Shown here one piece after another: positions 38,184 through 51,633 of a stretch of DNA of 64,000 nt. The DNA is from Amoebidium appalachense. Lineage: Eukaryota; Protista; Ichthyosporea. The position numbers and the translations under genes were made by a program. Every line of letters begins with the position of its first letter. Positions within the stretch are counted from its first letter, which is position 1. The stretch is taken from the NCBI GenBank assembly GCA_963693365.1, contig CAVNZM010000003.1, positions 14,478,914-14,542,913 of the forward strand, written 5' to 3'. The notes under the pieces were generated by a model. It did not search any database. It was not told where the DNA came from and saw only the letters and a list, made by a program, of their open reading frames with translations.

Positions 38184-40307
38184 ACCCACCCCACAGGCTA
38201 CCATGACTATATTCAAAGTGAATTGATAACCTGATCATATGATAATAATGAATCGAAGCGGTCACATACAAGTTGCTAAACCGTAAACCAATATGAAGTT
38301 TACTACTAGGACTCTTTAACACCCTCCAGTGATATGCCCCCCCCCTCCCCTCTCCTCCCCCCACCCCCCCAGGTCCCTCCCTCATCATCGCGTACCTGGG
38401 TGGGACCGTCCCCCCATTCTCCCCACAGCGCGACACATACACGAACACCTTCACATGCATTTAATTAATAGAAAGTCAGTAAATTAAAATTTTAGTTAAT
38501 CATTTAAATTAATTATTAAAATAAAATTTATTAAAATTTATTAACATTAAAATATTAAGTAAATTAAAAAATTAGTTAATCATTATCACGGACCTGAACA
38601 CACATGTACCACATACACACACGATGTGCACAGATAAGTGATGCGTACAATTGTACCAGTAACACACCCACACACTCTACACGTTCACGAAGTTCTATAA
38701 AATTTTAATTATTACATTCCGGGACCCACCACACAGACACGCACACAGACACTGAGCACGTTCAATGATAATAGTTTAGCAATAGTTGACCGCAACGAAC
38801 ACAGCCTTTGGTGGGGGGAAAAGAAATGTTTGATCATCAAGTGTACGCACGGGGGGGGAGGGGGGGGGGGAAGGGACCCACCGCTTCCCATCCCCCCCCC
38901 CCCCCCCCCTTCCTCCCCGACCCGGAGGGTTTGGGTAGGAGGGATCCACCTACCCCTGCCGCGGGGGGGGGGGAGGGGGGGGGGGGGGGGGGGGGACCCA
39001 CCCACCCCATGGAGGTGGGTCCTCCCCTCCATCCCCTCCACGGACGTCGATATCTACTACTCCCCCCCCCCCCCCCCCCTCCCCCTCCCCCCTCCACCCC
39101 CCATTTCAAATTCAAAAATCCCTAGTATGATAGATGCCACTGAAGTTTTGTACTAATGATGTACATGTGCACATGCTTCTACAGCCTCCCCCCCCCCCCC
39201 CTCCTCCCACAAGACACACGTTTTTGTGTGTTGTTTTTTTTCGGGGGGGGTGGAGGGGGGGGAGGAGGAGAGAGGGGGAGAGTGGTGCAAGTGGATGGGG
39301 GGGAATTCGCCCTACACATGCACTGCGGCCCTCTCCCCTCTCCCCTCCCCTCCCCCCCCCCTTCCCCCCCCCCCCCCCCCCCCCCTTCTCCCCCATCCTT
39401 CCCCATCCTCCCCATTCACCAAATATCTGTGATTGTTTTTCTGCAGTGTGCAACAGACTTGATCCCCTCCGCCCCCTCCTCCCCCTTTGCTCAATCTTTA
39501 TTCCGAACTTGAGATCCCCCGCCCCCAACTCCTAACCCCCCCCCCCCTCCCCCTCCTCCCCCCACACTCGTGCGCCTTGTGTTTATTTCGCAGAACACCC
39601 CGTCGCCTTCCAATCCATAAATTCTGATATTTTGGCTTACCGCAGAACACTACAAATATTAAAAAGCACATGAAATAATCCCCCCTTGCCCCACCCGCTC
39701 CTACACATCGGATACCATACGTACACCACTTTCCCTCTCCTCTACTCGAGCACACAGACACAACATCCCTTCCCCCCTCCTTCCCTCCCCCCTCCCCCCC
39801 TCTTCCTTCCCCCCCCCCCCCCTCCCCCTCTTCCCCCTTCCCCCCCCCCCCCCCCCCCCCCCCTCCTCCTCCTCCTCCCGGGGCTCCGGGGCCCTGCGCC
39901 TAAAAAAGTAAAAAAAGAAAAGGAAAAAAGAAAAACTTTGAAAGAGTACGTGGTTAATGCATCAACACTTTTTGTTCCGTTGTGAAAATCGTACAGCACG
40001 GGAAAAGTTTCACAGCTTGGCGGCACTAGGGATGCATACTGCCCCCCCCTCCCCCCTCCCCGTCATCCCCCCCCCCCCCCCCCCCCCCCCCCCCACACAC
40101 ACACATCGAGATTCCGCCAGTGGAATTTCGAGCTAATCCCCCCCCCCTCACACACACACACACACCCCCGCCTAACCTCTAGTAGCAATCCAATGCTACA
40201 GTAGATCACATATTCACGTGTGGTGTACAGCCTTGCAAATATTGCCAACGGTTGCACAACTGTTATACATGCACCAGTCGTCGGCCCCTCTTCCTCCTCT
40301 CAAAACA

Positions 40308-40367
<60 letters not shown>

Positions 40368-40643
40368 GCACGCACGCACACACACACACACACACACACA
40401 CCCCATGATCCAGATCTAGACCCGTGTGCGCCCGCACGTGCACGCACACACGCTCAAGTAAACACACACAAATGCACACACACACACACACACATATAAA
40501 CACACATGGACGCACACACGCACACACGCACACCCACACACACACACGTAACACACACACAGACACACACACAATATAACCCGCCCCGCCAGCGCTATAT
40601 CTAATTTGCATTTCAGAGTCGTTGCACATATGCATGCAAAAAA

Positions 40644-40685
<42 letters not shown>

Positions 40686-40714
40686 CCCCCCACCCACCCA
40701 CCCACCCACCCCCC

Positions 40715-40988
40715 GGGCCCCACCCCACCCCTACCCTTCCCGCCCTGCTATCTAATCATGCGGCATAACGTTGTACATGCAAAAAATCTCTCCCTCCCCC
40801 CCCTCCCTCCCCCCCCCCCCCCCCCCCCCCCCAAGGCCTCCCGAGGCGGGGGGGCCCTTCTCCCCCTCCTTATGTATCCAACATCCCTCCCTCCCCTCCC
40901 TCCCGACTCCCCTGAGACACACATGCGTATGCCTGCAGATAGTTTGCCAACGCTACATGCATTAGGCCATGGACTTTTTTTTTTTTTT

Positions 40989-41038
<50 letters not shown>

Positions 41039-41197
41039 AGGATCCTCCAGGTCGGGATCCCATGTCCCTGCCCCAACAATCCTACATGCATGTAGCGTTG
41101 GCAAACTATCTGCAGGCATACGCATGTGTGTCTGAGGGGAGTCGGGACGGAGGGGAGGGAGGGATGTTGGATACATCATTAGTAGGAGGGGGAGAAG

Positions 41198-41235
<38 letters not shown>

Positions 41236-41330
41236 CCACGGGGAGGAGGGGGGGATTTTTTGCATGTGCAACGAAATCATTCGCATGATTAAATAGCAGG
41301 GCGGGAAGGGTGGGGGTGGGGGTGGGGGTG
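40715..41330. repeat. Long inverted repeat / foldback element
   Basis: 40873-40962 is a near-perfect reverse complement of 41086-41175; outer arms CCCTTCCCGCCCTGCTAT..TGCAAAAAAT and ATTTTTTGCA..ATAGCAGGGCGGGAAGGG also match. Confidence 0.88.
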
Positions 41331-41897
41331 GGGGGGAGGGGGAGAACCAAGACCCAAGCTTATTTAGGCAGCTCTGAATTTGACCGAAAAATGTATTAAT
41401 AGGAGCTGCGTCCGGGGACACCCAGCGATATTATGTATTATAAACTAGGGATTAGGCTAGGAAGAGAAACTTACGTCACAAACCTGTATATACATCGGGC
41501 TATATTAAGGATACTGGTGGTAGGACCAATCAAATCAAGTCTCACAGTACATACGTCATCCAGCACTACTACGAATATTCTCAAGGGCCAAAGCCTAAAG
41601 CAGGCTGACGATCGGCCATGAAAATTCAAACAATCGGATCGCACGATTACACTATTAAGCTGTAACTTATTACTGCACACACCGGCCAGTTGCACAACCG
41701 CAGTACTAGACTCGGGCACATACTTATGGACATTTTTTGTCTAAATAAAGCCAATGTATTATATTGAGCAGTTATCAGTCGGTTGTATGCTGTTGCTAAC
41801 TCATTACTGCGACTCGAATTCGAAGACAACCATCGAACAATTGAAAATACAAAACTTTCTACTACTTTTAGTCTACACTAATATTAGTCGCTATAAA

Positions 41898-43193
41898 TTA
41901 CTCACGTACATCGCTATGGCCGGTCATCATACATTCCAACTCACGGCAAAAATCCTGAATCGCAGCAACATCAATACCATCCTGCTGAATATCTTGGGAT
42001 AAACCCCCCCGTGATATATTTTCATGCCGATACAAAATTTCGGGCTGCGCGCCGGCGTTTGGCTCCCATGACATGTGGCGGGTGTTTTCGGCATGGCCGT
42101 GGCGGGAGGTGGGCGCATCAAAATTCGGAGTTGAAGAACGCTTGAATTTGTCGACGTGGAGCACTTTTGTCGGGTCGAACTGACTCGATTCGGGATTTGC
42201 CATTACCATTGTAAGGGGGCGGTCATTCACAGCCGATCTCGATTTCATCATAATCGGAGATTTGCTCGGACTCCTAGGCAGGTTCCCATGCGCCATTGCT
42301 CTCAAAACCCCCGCCAGGTGATCGATATCATCTGGAAAATCTTCGAGTTTGATCGCACGGCCCGAATCTCTGTAGGTTTCCATTAGATTCGATTGGCGTG
42401 CGATTTCAGGCCTCTGCAATCTCTCAATCGGATATGGCCCCGCAGATCTCTCAAGGGCCTCTACCGTAGGGTGTTTGGGATTATCTGTGGAATTCTCGAT
42501 TCGCGACGTAAATTCGGGCCCACGTGGAGTCGCCTGATTGGGTGTTTGCTCCATCGATTCGGGCCGATTCCATGACCCGGTTTCACGATGCATGACCCGC
42601 GGGTCGTCATTTGCGATTTCAGGCGATTGCGGTAGTGGTCGCGTCTGATCGTACTGATTTTCGGACCGCCTATTGTCATACCACGACTTGCTCCTAGCTC
42701 GCGACATGCTCCAAGGAGATCCCTCCCTAAAATTCAAATTTAAATTCTTATCGGGATTTCCATCCGAAGACGTTCTTTGCAACGTGCATGGATCCCCTCC
42801 CTCGGTGGGATCCGACATAGAACCCCCATCCACCGACTCTCGCCTCAACCCCGAATTTCTTCTCCGAGGCACCGCCGGGGATGACCGAACCGGGCCGGGT
42901 CCAGGAGAAAGGTCGGAATTTCGGTGCGAGTGACCCGTTAAATACGCGGTGCTGAATGTGTGTTTTCGGGTCACTACCCATTCCGACAAATGCCGACGCC
43001 TGTAGTGTTGGCGTCGGCTGTGCGACGTACTGTATCTTCGGTCACAGCCTTCAAATTCGCAGCGATATTCTCTCCCCTCGGAGTATTTTCGCAGCGAGGT
43101 CATCGATTCAGTATTCGCCATCTCGGAAATTTCGGTCGAAGTAGGGGGGTCTTTAGATGGCCGCAAGTCGTATCGGGAATCGTTGGAACTCAT
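41898..43193 (-). CDS. C2H2 zinc-finger protein (single finger plus long S/R/P-rich disordered tail), putative transcription factor
   Basis: YRCEFEGCDRRYSTSHSRRQHYRRRH = C-x4-C-x12-H-x4-H; long non-repetitive ORF; acceptor-like CTCTTTCTGCAG upstream at ~43264. Confidence 0.82.
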   Translation of the reverse strand: MSSNDSRYDLRPSKDPPTSTEISEMANTESMTSLRKYSEGREYRCEFEGCDRRYSTSHSRRQHYRRRHLSEWVVTRKHTFSTAYLTGHSHRNSDLSPGPGPVRSSPAVPRRRNSGLRRESVDGGSMSDPTEGGDPCTLQRTSSDGNPDKNLNLNFREGSPWSMSRARSKSWYDNRRSENQYDQTRPLPQSPEIANDDPRVMHRETGSWNRPESMEQTPNQATPRGPEFTSRIENSTDNPKHPTVEALERSAGPYPIERLQRPEIARQSNLMETYRDSGRAIKLEDFPDDIDHLAGVLRAMAHGNLPRSPSKSPIMMKSRSAVNDRPLTMVMANPESSQFDPTKVLHVDKFKRSSTPNFDAPTSRHGHAENTRHMSWEPNAGAQPEILYRHENISRGGLSQDIQQDGIDVAAIQDFCRELECMMTGHSDVRE

Positions 43194-43790
43194 TTTTACG
43201 GGTGGTTGGTATGTGAGTGGCCGATTAGAAAAGTCTAAACTACTTTCAGAGGTTTCCAAACAACTGCAGAAAGAGTGTTGCTATCCAAATTGCTCAAACG
43301 TATGCGAATTTTCAAGTAGAAACGTTAAATAGCCAACTTTCCATTTGTGTGTGTGTTTGTATGTGTTTGTAAGTGTTTGTGTGTGTGTGTGTGTGTGTGA
43401 ACCTTTCGGTGGGTCACTGATAATTCAGTCTGACGGCCGCTTGAATCAGATGATTCGACAAACGGGACGGTCTTCAGTTAAATATAAACGGAAAATTTGC
43501 AGAAGCAGCATATGTTGCCCAGGTTCCGCCTTGGTACTGCAGTATTCAGAAGTTCTCTCAAAACCTGCGAAAAAATTATTTTGGTTAGCAAGAAACGACA
43601 CCACAACGCATGGAAATCGCCTGCACACTTTGCAGTCAAAGCACGGCGTATTACCCCTACCCCCCCCCCCCCCCCCCCCCCCCCTGTGGTATCACCCGGT
43701 AGGGGAAGGGAGGGGAAAAAAAAAAAAAAAAAAAAGAGAGGTCGGCCCCGGCGAGGAGGGGGTGGGCGTGGGGGTGGGGGGAGGGGGGTT

Positions 43791-43902
43791 TGAATGCGGA
43801 ACACGGTACAAAGTTTCCGCATACACGATGAGAAGCATGGTGCAGGACACATGCAAACGCAAACATTCAAGTATGCAACATCGGCAATGCGCACAGTATG
43901 CG
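43791..43902. repeat. Short dispersed repeat (GAATGCGGAACA...AAACATTCAAGTATGCAACATC...CACAGTATGCG)
   Basis: Similar copies at 58157-58290 and 63023-63157. Confidence 0.8.
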
Positions 43903-44028
43903 CGGGGGGGGGGGGGGGGGGGGGGGGGAGGGGGGATGTATGCTTTACATAGAGAGTTTGGAAATATGGAGGAGACACCAAAGGACAAACTACAAAACAA
44001 CACACACACACACACACACTGTCACACA

Positions 44029-44066
<38 letters not shown>

Positions 44067-44990
44067 CAGAGAGAGAGAGAGATGCTGGCACACTACCGCA
44101 CATGAATTCGCGACCAAATTTACACTATTTCTGTAGCTGATGTTGACTAATATGCATTGCACACATGTTCGGGTTGAAAATCAATGATGAAGAGAAGGGT
44201 TCATGACCACATACATGCACTGTGCCCACACATGTGTTATTCGAAATTACACACAAGTTTCTTCCAGGCAATAGTCGTTGTATAGTAGTCGTAGTATAGT
44301 AGACACATTTTAAAAACTACTATAACAACAATTTGAAAAGTATAGTCTAAGTATATCTGAGATATACCTATAAACTTATACTATACTTTTTGATGTGGTC
44401 AATTTTACCCTTCCACTTTTTGTTTAGTATATAAAAAGTATATCGCGAACAGCCGACCGGATCTTGGTGCGCATTCGATGCGTTCGCCTCCAATCAAATT
44501 CGATCTGGCCAAAAGATATACTATACTTCCGAAGTATATCTTTTGGCCTTTTCATATGATCGATATACGTAAGTATATCGATTTTGAATATCTTTTTCGC
44601 GATCAAGGCTTACCAGATTTGGCAGGTCGGCGATATACTTATACTATATTTTCCAAAATGTATTAAAGTAATATGTGATTAGTGCCGGTTCACTCATAAT
44701 AATCTCACAGGCAAACTTTGGCTCACGCGCCCACACACAAAAATACAGTGTCACACCTATGGGCACTGCACATGTGCTTACACACTGATAAGCACACACA
44801 CAAACCGTTCTGACACACACACACACACGTGACCCACACACACCCACACCCACACACATCCACACGGTGAACCACTGTGACCCACCCACCGCCACCCACC
44901 CACTCATCCACACACTCACAGACAGAGCATCACAAAGACAACACAACAACAGGGCCTGTCATATTATGCAAACGTACTTGGGCACACACA

Positions 44991-45400
44991 AGGGCCCAAC
45001 CACATCAGCTGAGTCAACTTGCTCCGAGCAGAATTATTCTGCAAAAAGCAGAATCATTCTGCCAGAAGCAGAATCATTCTGCAAAAGCAGAATCAATCTG
45101 CAAACAGCAGAGTCATTCTGCTATGAGCAGAATCAATCTGCTAAAAGCAGAATTATTCTGCCAAACGCAGAATTATTCTGCTGTCGAAAGCAGAATGATC
45201 CTGCTTTTAGCAGGATAATTCTGCTAAAAGCAGAATAATTCTGCTAAAAGCAGAGTGATTCTACTCATAGCAGAATGACTCTGCTGTTTGCAGATTGATT
45301 CTGCTTTTGCAGAATAATTCTTTTTTTTTTTTTGGCAGAATAATTCCGCTTTTGCAGAACTTCCTGCTTTTTGCCGACTCTGCCGATGTGGTTGGGTCCT
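44991..45400. mobile_element. Foldback/MITE with an internal array of ~17 palindromic GCAGAATNATTCTGC units
   Basis: TIRs AGGGCCCAACCACATCAGCTGAGTC and GACTCTGCCGATGTGGTTGGGTCCT; ~20-bp period array whose spacers switch from A-rich to T-rich; sits in CA-rich sequence. Confidence 0.85.
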
Positions 45401-45426
45401 CACACACGTGTGCACACACAAACACC

Positions 45427-45821
<395 letters not shown>

Positions 45822-48669
45822 GAATTTCAGCATGAATTAGCCTGCTTCCCAGACGCTCAATACTATAGTAACAAAATTCAGTTTGGATCGGATTTTTGCT
45901 CAATTCATGTTGCTTACCTCTTTTTGGTTGACTCCAAAAACCACCGAATCATGCAACTGGTCGTAATCCACAGCTGCTGCCAGGTGAACACAGCAACGGT
46001 ATTGGTTTCCACTGGAGAGTCTGAAGCAAATCAAAGACGACAGGAGGCCCCAAACGTTTCAGAATAAACAGACATAACGACCCCGCGAGATTTTTACTCT
46101 ACAGTAGTGCAATTATAGTCACGCGGCAGTTTTCCAACGAACGACACACAGGAGGTTTTTAAAGCAACCGAGTTCCCACAGACTCACACGTTGCCATAAA
46201 AAGCATGCACAAAGACCTACAATCAAGCAGGCTCACGCACTGAAAACGCCTTCATTCATTGTTGTAGAACTTGTGAGTGCATCCGTACTACATGGTGCAA
46301 ATATGTACAGGCCGGTCTAGACCCATAATAGATGTGTAAAGAGCAGAAAAACGGGAAATGATTAGCTGCGCAAAAGTTCGGATCTATCTGTAACACATGT
46401 GGCAAAAGCTCCATAATAATTAATGCCCCTTTGGAATGCATGCACGTTCGAAAAAGACGCCGATGTTATCCCTACTTTTGTACATGCATGCACGGGCATA
46501 TACATTCATTTGTAGAAGTAAAGACAAAACGCAACAGCATAGCAAAAATTACAGCATATATTCCCTTGGGTCTAAGTGTCACACTCACGCCATTGTATAC
46601 GTAGGGGCTCCCTATCGTAAAAACGATTTTTTGAATTTCCTTATATGGGCAATCCGATCGAACCGGATTCGATCTCGACCAATCATAAAACGTACGCCAG
46701 TATTAATGCTAACGTGCTTTGATTGTCTTTGTGTGACCGATATCGATCATCAAGTTGTCGGCCGCGAGCTCGACCATAGCTCGAAATCGATTATCATTAC
46801 TTCGCCCTATATCTCTACATGACCCTATAGACCTACCGCAGACCCAGGAACGCACCTGAAAGGTAATAAAAAAAAATAATTACATAGTTATAAGTCTTTG
46901 TTGACATAGTTGTATAAGGAAATAATGCTTTATTATTACCGGCGCTCGGATGCAGGGTATCTGAAAATCAACAATTCTCCACCCTGAACTCTGTCTGAAC
47001 AAATCAGGCATTATCTGTTGGCAGAAAAGTTTGGATGGCGCGAAGACTTATCCAAACGCGCAGGTGTGTGTGCACTTATGCACATTTTTTGCCAACACAA
47101 GAAACAAACAAGTTTCATGTGTACCCACAAGGCAATAAGTACAAAAAACTTGGGTTAAAAATACAAAAAATAAATGTCTTTTTTGGTGTTGAACTAGTAG
47201 TGATTGAACATCAGCCTACATGGTAGTGGTACCCGCTGTGACTGTGAGGCTCGCGTGAGCGCCCGAGTGCCAGTGCAGTGCACCAATCGGATGCGATTCT
47301 TGCATCGTGTAGTTATCTTGGAATGTGCCTGCAACATTCCTGAAGGGAGGGGACAGGGTGTAAATTTTATACACGTGTATAGAGGATACATAACATAGTG
47401 CCCGGATTATCAGTGGCATTTGGGTAGTATTTTTCCCATCTGGATGGCCTTAATAGAGACACCCACCGTTTTAATGGTTATTTTCTTTTAGTTTCATATT
47501 CCCTTTAGAATCACTGGTCGAAAAATCAATGGCCTAATCTCAAGAAGTTACCGGGGAGGCGGGGGCACAGCGGCGGATTTCAGGGACATGACTAATTTCA
47601 CAGCCTGGGGGATAGGGTTGCAACCAAACACCGGATTTATACCCTAGATCTGAGTCAAACTCTATGCTAATTAGAAGAGTCCACGAGTCAAGTTCGCACG
47701 CATTATAGCTATACTTTTAGTAGTGTCTAGGACGTTTCAAGGGCCATATACATGCAGTCCGGCGGGCTTATATCGAAATGCTATCTATCATCGAGTTTCC
47801 GAAATACAGATCGCACACCCTGGTAGATATGCCGCGGCCATTGAAATGATGATCGGTCCGGTGTTTGCAAAACACCGTGACGGTCTTGCACGCATATTGT
47901 CAAATACTATAAGAAATGCCACAGAGAAAAAGTTTGTAAGACCAGGAGTAAGCTTACAAAGCATGCTAACCTCTTTGCCTCGAGTAAACAGCGTAAACCC
48001 CAAAAGATGTAGGGTTGATTTATTGCCATGAATGGCACTTGGATCTCGGGCACAGTGACGCACAACATTGTGCATGCCGGCCGTGCCCGGGCGGCGCAAG
48101 ATCTGGAAAAGTTCTCAGCGGCTTTCAAAATGCCGGCCGCTGGCCCGCCGATGGACCACATGACCCAACCTAGATAATTATTATGTAACTAATAATCTTT
48201 CATGTTCTGCAGTGGCTACAGCTAATATGCCAACGACTCAGTCCTGCCCACCCCCACAGTTTCGACATTATAATGCGGCAGGGACGGCGCACGTATCCAT
48301 CTATTCTCCGGAGCCCTCGGAGCCGATCGAGCTACCTTCATGACGCAGAATCTGCCTCATGAGTTTGACGCAGAATCTGCCTCATGAGTCATCTGCCTAA
48401 CTAATCTGTCTGATTCAGGGTGTGAAATTTGTTTTTGGCTGGTGCCAATTTGGTTGGCCACCAGCCTGGATGGCCCTAACAGAGCCAACAACCGTTTTTG
48501 GGTTTATTTTCTTATACATATGGCTCTTTTAGGGCCAATTTAAAAAAATTGATGGACCTGACCTCAAAATGTTAGGGTCAATTTTCGGAATTTCAGGGGC
48601 AATTTTCTGGCCCTAAACCCCGTAATTTTTTCTTTTTGACTCGGTTTTATTGATCCCTACATAACCACG

Positions 48670-48864
48670 GGGGTTTACGCTGTTTACTCGAGGCAAAGAG
48701 AACCAGTCTCAGGTATGGGGGGGGGGGTTTTGCTCGGAATATCCCCTCAGCGGTATATCATGATCACGTACATAGATGTCGGGTGGTGACTATATATCAG
48801 GGTTTACTTTCTCTACGAGACACCATAAAGACTACAAGGAGAAATCAATTAGTTGGGGTTCCCC

Positions 48865-48910
<46 letters not shown>

Positions 48911-48943
48911 GGGCTCCCCTCGGGACACTCGGTATCAGCTGGT

Positions 48944-48997
<54 letters not shown>

Positions 48998-51633
48998 TGT
49001 GTGTGTGTGCGCGTGCGCTATAATTTTGTAGTGATGTGTTTCTCAAGCCAATCAATACATCTAATAAACAGGTCGTAGTTACGCGTGTTTAGTATAAAAT
49101 CAAGGATGTTGTAATTTACAGGTAGGCTATCTTTCTGGGTGTCTGTTGTGAATGTGACGTGTGTGTGTTGCGGTATTATGTGGTCTATCAAACTACATTT
49201 GGCGATACATGACCGGTTAAACTGGTGTGTGTGTGTGTTGTTTGGGCATGCAAATGATGCCACCTTATACTTATTAGATCTCCACTGTATAGCACGTGTA
49301 CAGTAAAAGCGTGGTAATTGATCAATAATACCATCAGCTAGAGAAAGACCAGTTCTACAGGAAGGTAATATGTATTTAGGTGTTATACACTTGCGAGTGC
49401 CATATTTGGCAATATGGTTGAGGCGGTCAGTATATATAAAACGAGACATAAGGCTTAGTTTTTCAAGGTGTATGCTTTCATCGGGTCTAGTGTCGTGTGG
49501 TATCTTTTTCCATTTGTTATATTGCGTGATTATCTTGTGATTGTGTACATGTTTAATAAGTAAGTGGCAGTCCAAAGTCACACACACACTATTGCGGGGT
49601 TTATTTGTATTTGTGCCCAGGGGAGAAGGGGAGAGAGAGGGGAGGAAAGAGGGGAGAGGTGAGGAGGGGACAGGTCGGATAGAGAAGAGAGGGTGGGAGG
49701 GCAAATACTTCTTTAAGCGGCTTATGTGCTTATTGAATTTCAGCGCGAGATAGGATACTCTAGCAGCTATTGGGACCAGACCATATATCGAGAGCGTTAC
49801 AGGCCCAGGTTTACAACAGTTGTTAGATAGAAAGGAGGCAACTTCTGCTTCAAGGAAATTTGCCAAGGGTTTAAGCGCTCTAGTTCTCTCTTTCTTGATC
49901 CAAGCGGCGAGAAGGGGTAAACCATATTCACATGCCGGGAAGACAAAAGTGCGAATAAATGTAAGTCTAATAGAAGGATGGAGGGGTGTGTCTTTAAAAA
50001 TATTAGCCGAGAAGAAAGCTAACCGCTTACGAGCCAACTCTACCCTCTTTTCGACCATATGGGGAAACATAACACCAACAGAATCAACCGGAACACCAAG
50101 ATATTTGTATTCTGGAACTATAGGTACAGGTTTAGATGATAATGTAAATGTGTGTAAATTGTTAGCTATATCAGGTACAAGAACACCACACTTGTCTATG
50201 TTAAGGATCATAAGGTTTGCCTTGCACCACTCTGACACTACATCGAACAATCTTTGCAGGCGTCTAGGGGTACGGGCAAGGAGGGACAGATCATCAGCAT
50301 AGAGAAGTGCAGGCGGAAAGTTATTAATAGGGTCATCGTTTTCGGCGTAAATCTTGACAGCCAAATCATCTATAAATAGGTTAAACAAAAAGGGGCTAAG
50401 CAATGAACCCTGCAAGAGACCTCTAGTACGAGCAAAACCATATGAAAGATGCCCATTAACCACAGCTCTACCATAGGTTTGAGACAAGAGTGCTTCTAAC
50501 AGAACACCAATGCAGTGTGGTACACCCCGTGCAGCAAGCTTTTCCCATAGGAGACCAGGGGAGACAGAATCGTAAGCAGTTTTCCAATCAATAAAGCCAA
50601 CATATTGTGCACCAACTTGCATAGAATCGTGCAGTGCCATTATTTGAACATAACATGAATTGTTTTTACGAAAAGCGGATTGGCATGGGTGTATGTGAAG
50701 AATAGATTGAAACCTAGGGTGATGTGCAAATAACCTAAGTAAGCAAGCTTCAAAGAATCTACGAACAACCTGGGTTAGTGTAATGGGGCGAAAGGATGAT
50801 ATGGGGCCCTCAGAGTCCTTCTTAACTATGGGGATCACTAAGGTATCTAACCAAGATGACGGGACATGTCCACATTTAACACACCAAGAAAAGAGAGAGC
50901 TTAACATGATAGTAAGATCAGGTTTAATAGCACGATCACTTTCCTTTTGTGGGTAGGAGGGAACAAGGATTTTAAGAAACCCAGCAGGGAGTCCATCAGG
51001 TCCACAAGACTTACTAGAGCTATAACTAGATATCACAGACCATATGGCATCGGGACTGAAAAAGGGGAGGATCGTTTCTATGGGGATAGATGGGTCTACA
51101 GGCCACACAATAGGTTTCTGAGCGGGGGTCCTATCTTTAAACAGTTCCGAGAAATACTTATCAGAGTCTATGAGGGGGTCTCCAGTGGTATCACCAATAA
51201 TACGAGCAGGGGGGCCAAATCGATTCATACTAGCAAGCCGGCGCAAGCTTTCCTTTTGAGACAGGGGTTCACCTAGTCTAGCGGGAGTGGTGTTTGGTAA
51301 CAAGAGAGCATCGGGGTATTCCTTCCTACCACCGCCAGCATAATCACCGAGATCTATCAAATCATCAACAATAAAGTTAGTGCATGTATCTAGTACGAGA
51401 TGTGAATCTGGCCTGGCTTGTGCAGATTCTAATAGGCGCATATATATAGGGTGTTTCGTAGCATAGCATACACATACATCAACTCTACCCCACTGTGACT
51501 TAAGCTGGGATAGACGGAGGCGAAAGGTGGGAGGGGGAGGGGGGAGCAGATCAAGGGAGATCTTAGGTAGGAAAAGGATAGGAGAGTGGTCAGATGACCT
51601 AGAGAGGTTAGGAGGGAGAGAGAGTTTTGACAT
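48670..51633 (-). mobile_element. Non-LTR retrotransposon (LINE), endonuclease domain mostly missing
   Basis: RT ORF plus 3' trailer shared with the copy at 52273-53076. Confidence 0.88.
49018..51633 (-). CDS. LINE-type reverse transcriptase ORF (871 aa)
   Basis: KSCGPDG, FRPITL, QSAFRK, DWKTAYDSV, GLLQGSLLSPFLFN, LYADD, NIDKC, YKYLG; N-terminal SDHSPI resembles the last motif of an APE endonuclease; Cys/His-containing C-terminus. Confidence 0.93.
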   Translation of the reverse strand: MSKLSLPPNLSRSSDHSPILFLPKISLDLLPPPPPTFRLRLSQLKSQWGRVDVCVCYATKHPIYMRLLESAQARPDSHLVLDTCTNFIVDDLIDLGDYAGGGRKEYPDALLLPNTTPARLGEPLSQKESLRRLASMNRFGPPARIIGDTTGDPLIDSDKYFSELFKDRTPAQKPIVWPVDPSIPIETILPFFSPDAIWSVISSYSSSKSCGPDGLPAGFLKILVPSYPQKESDRAIKPDLTIMLSSLFSWCVKCGHVPSSWLDTLVIPIVKKDSEGPISSFRPITLTQVVRRFFEACLLRLFAHHPRFQSILHIHPCQSAFRKNNSCYVQIMALHDSMQVGAQYVGFIDWKTAYDSVSPGLLWEKLAARGVPHCIGVLLEALLSQTYGRAVVNGHLSYGFARTRGLLQGSLLSPFLFNLFIDDLAVKIYAENDDPINNFPPALLYADDLSLLARTPRRLQRLFDVVSEWCKANLMILNIDKCGVLVPDIANNLHTFTLSSKPVPIVPEYKYLGVPVDSVGVMFPHMVEKRVELARKRLAFFSANIFKDTPLHPSIRLTFIRTFVFPACEYGLPLLAAWIKKERTRALKPLANFLEAEVASFLSNNCCKPGPVTLSIYGLVPIAARVSYLALKFNKHISRLKKYLPSHPLFSIRPVPSSPLPSFLPSLSPSPLGTNTNKPRNSVCVTLDCHLLIKHVHNHKIITQYNKWKKIPHDTRPDESIHLEKLSLMSRFIYTDRLNHIAKYGTRKCITPKYILPSCRTGLSLADGIIDQLPRFYCTRAIQWRSNKYKVASFACPNNTHTHQFNRSCIAKCSLIDHIIPQHTHVTFTTDTQKDSLPVNYNILDFILNTRNYDLFIRCIDWLEKHITTKL

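Noticed and set aside
45028-45375. CRISPR-like array of palindromic repeats
   Set aside because: Spacers are only ~4-8 nt and mirror each other, the array is inside TIRs, the context is eukaryotic and there are no cas genes
47723-48031. 102-aa ORF as a gene
   Set aside because: Non-ATG start, no motif, and it runs into a repeat fragment
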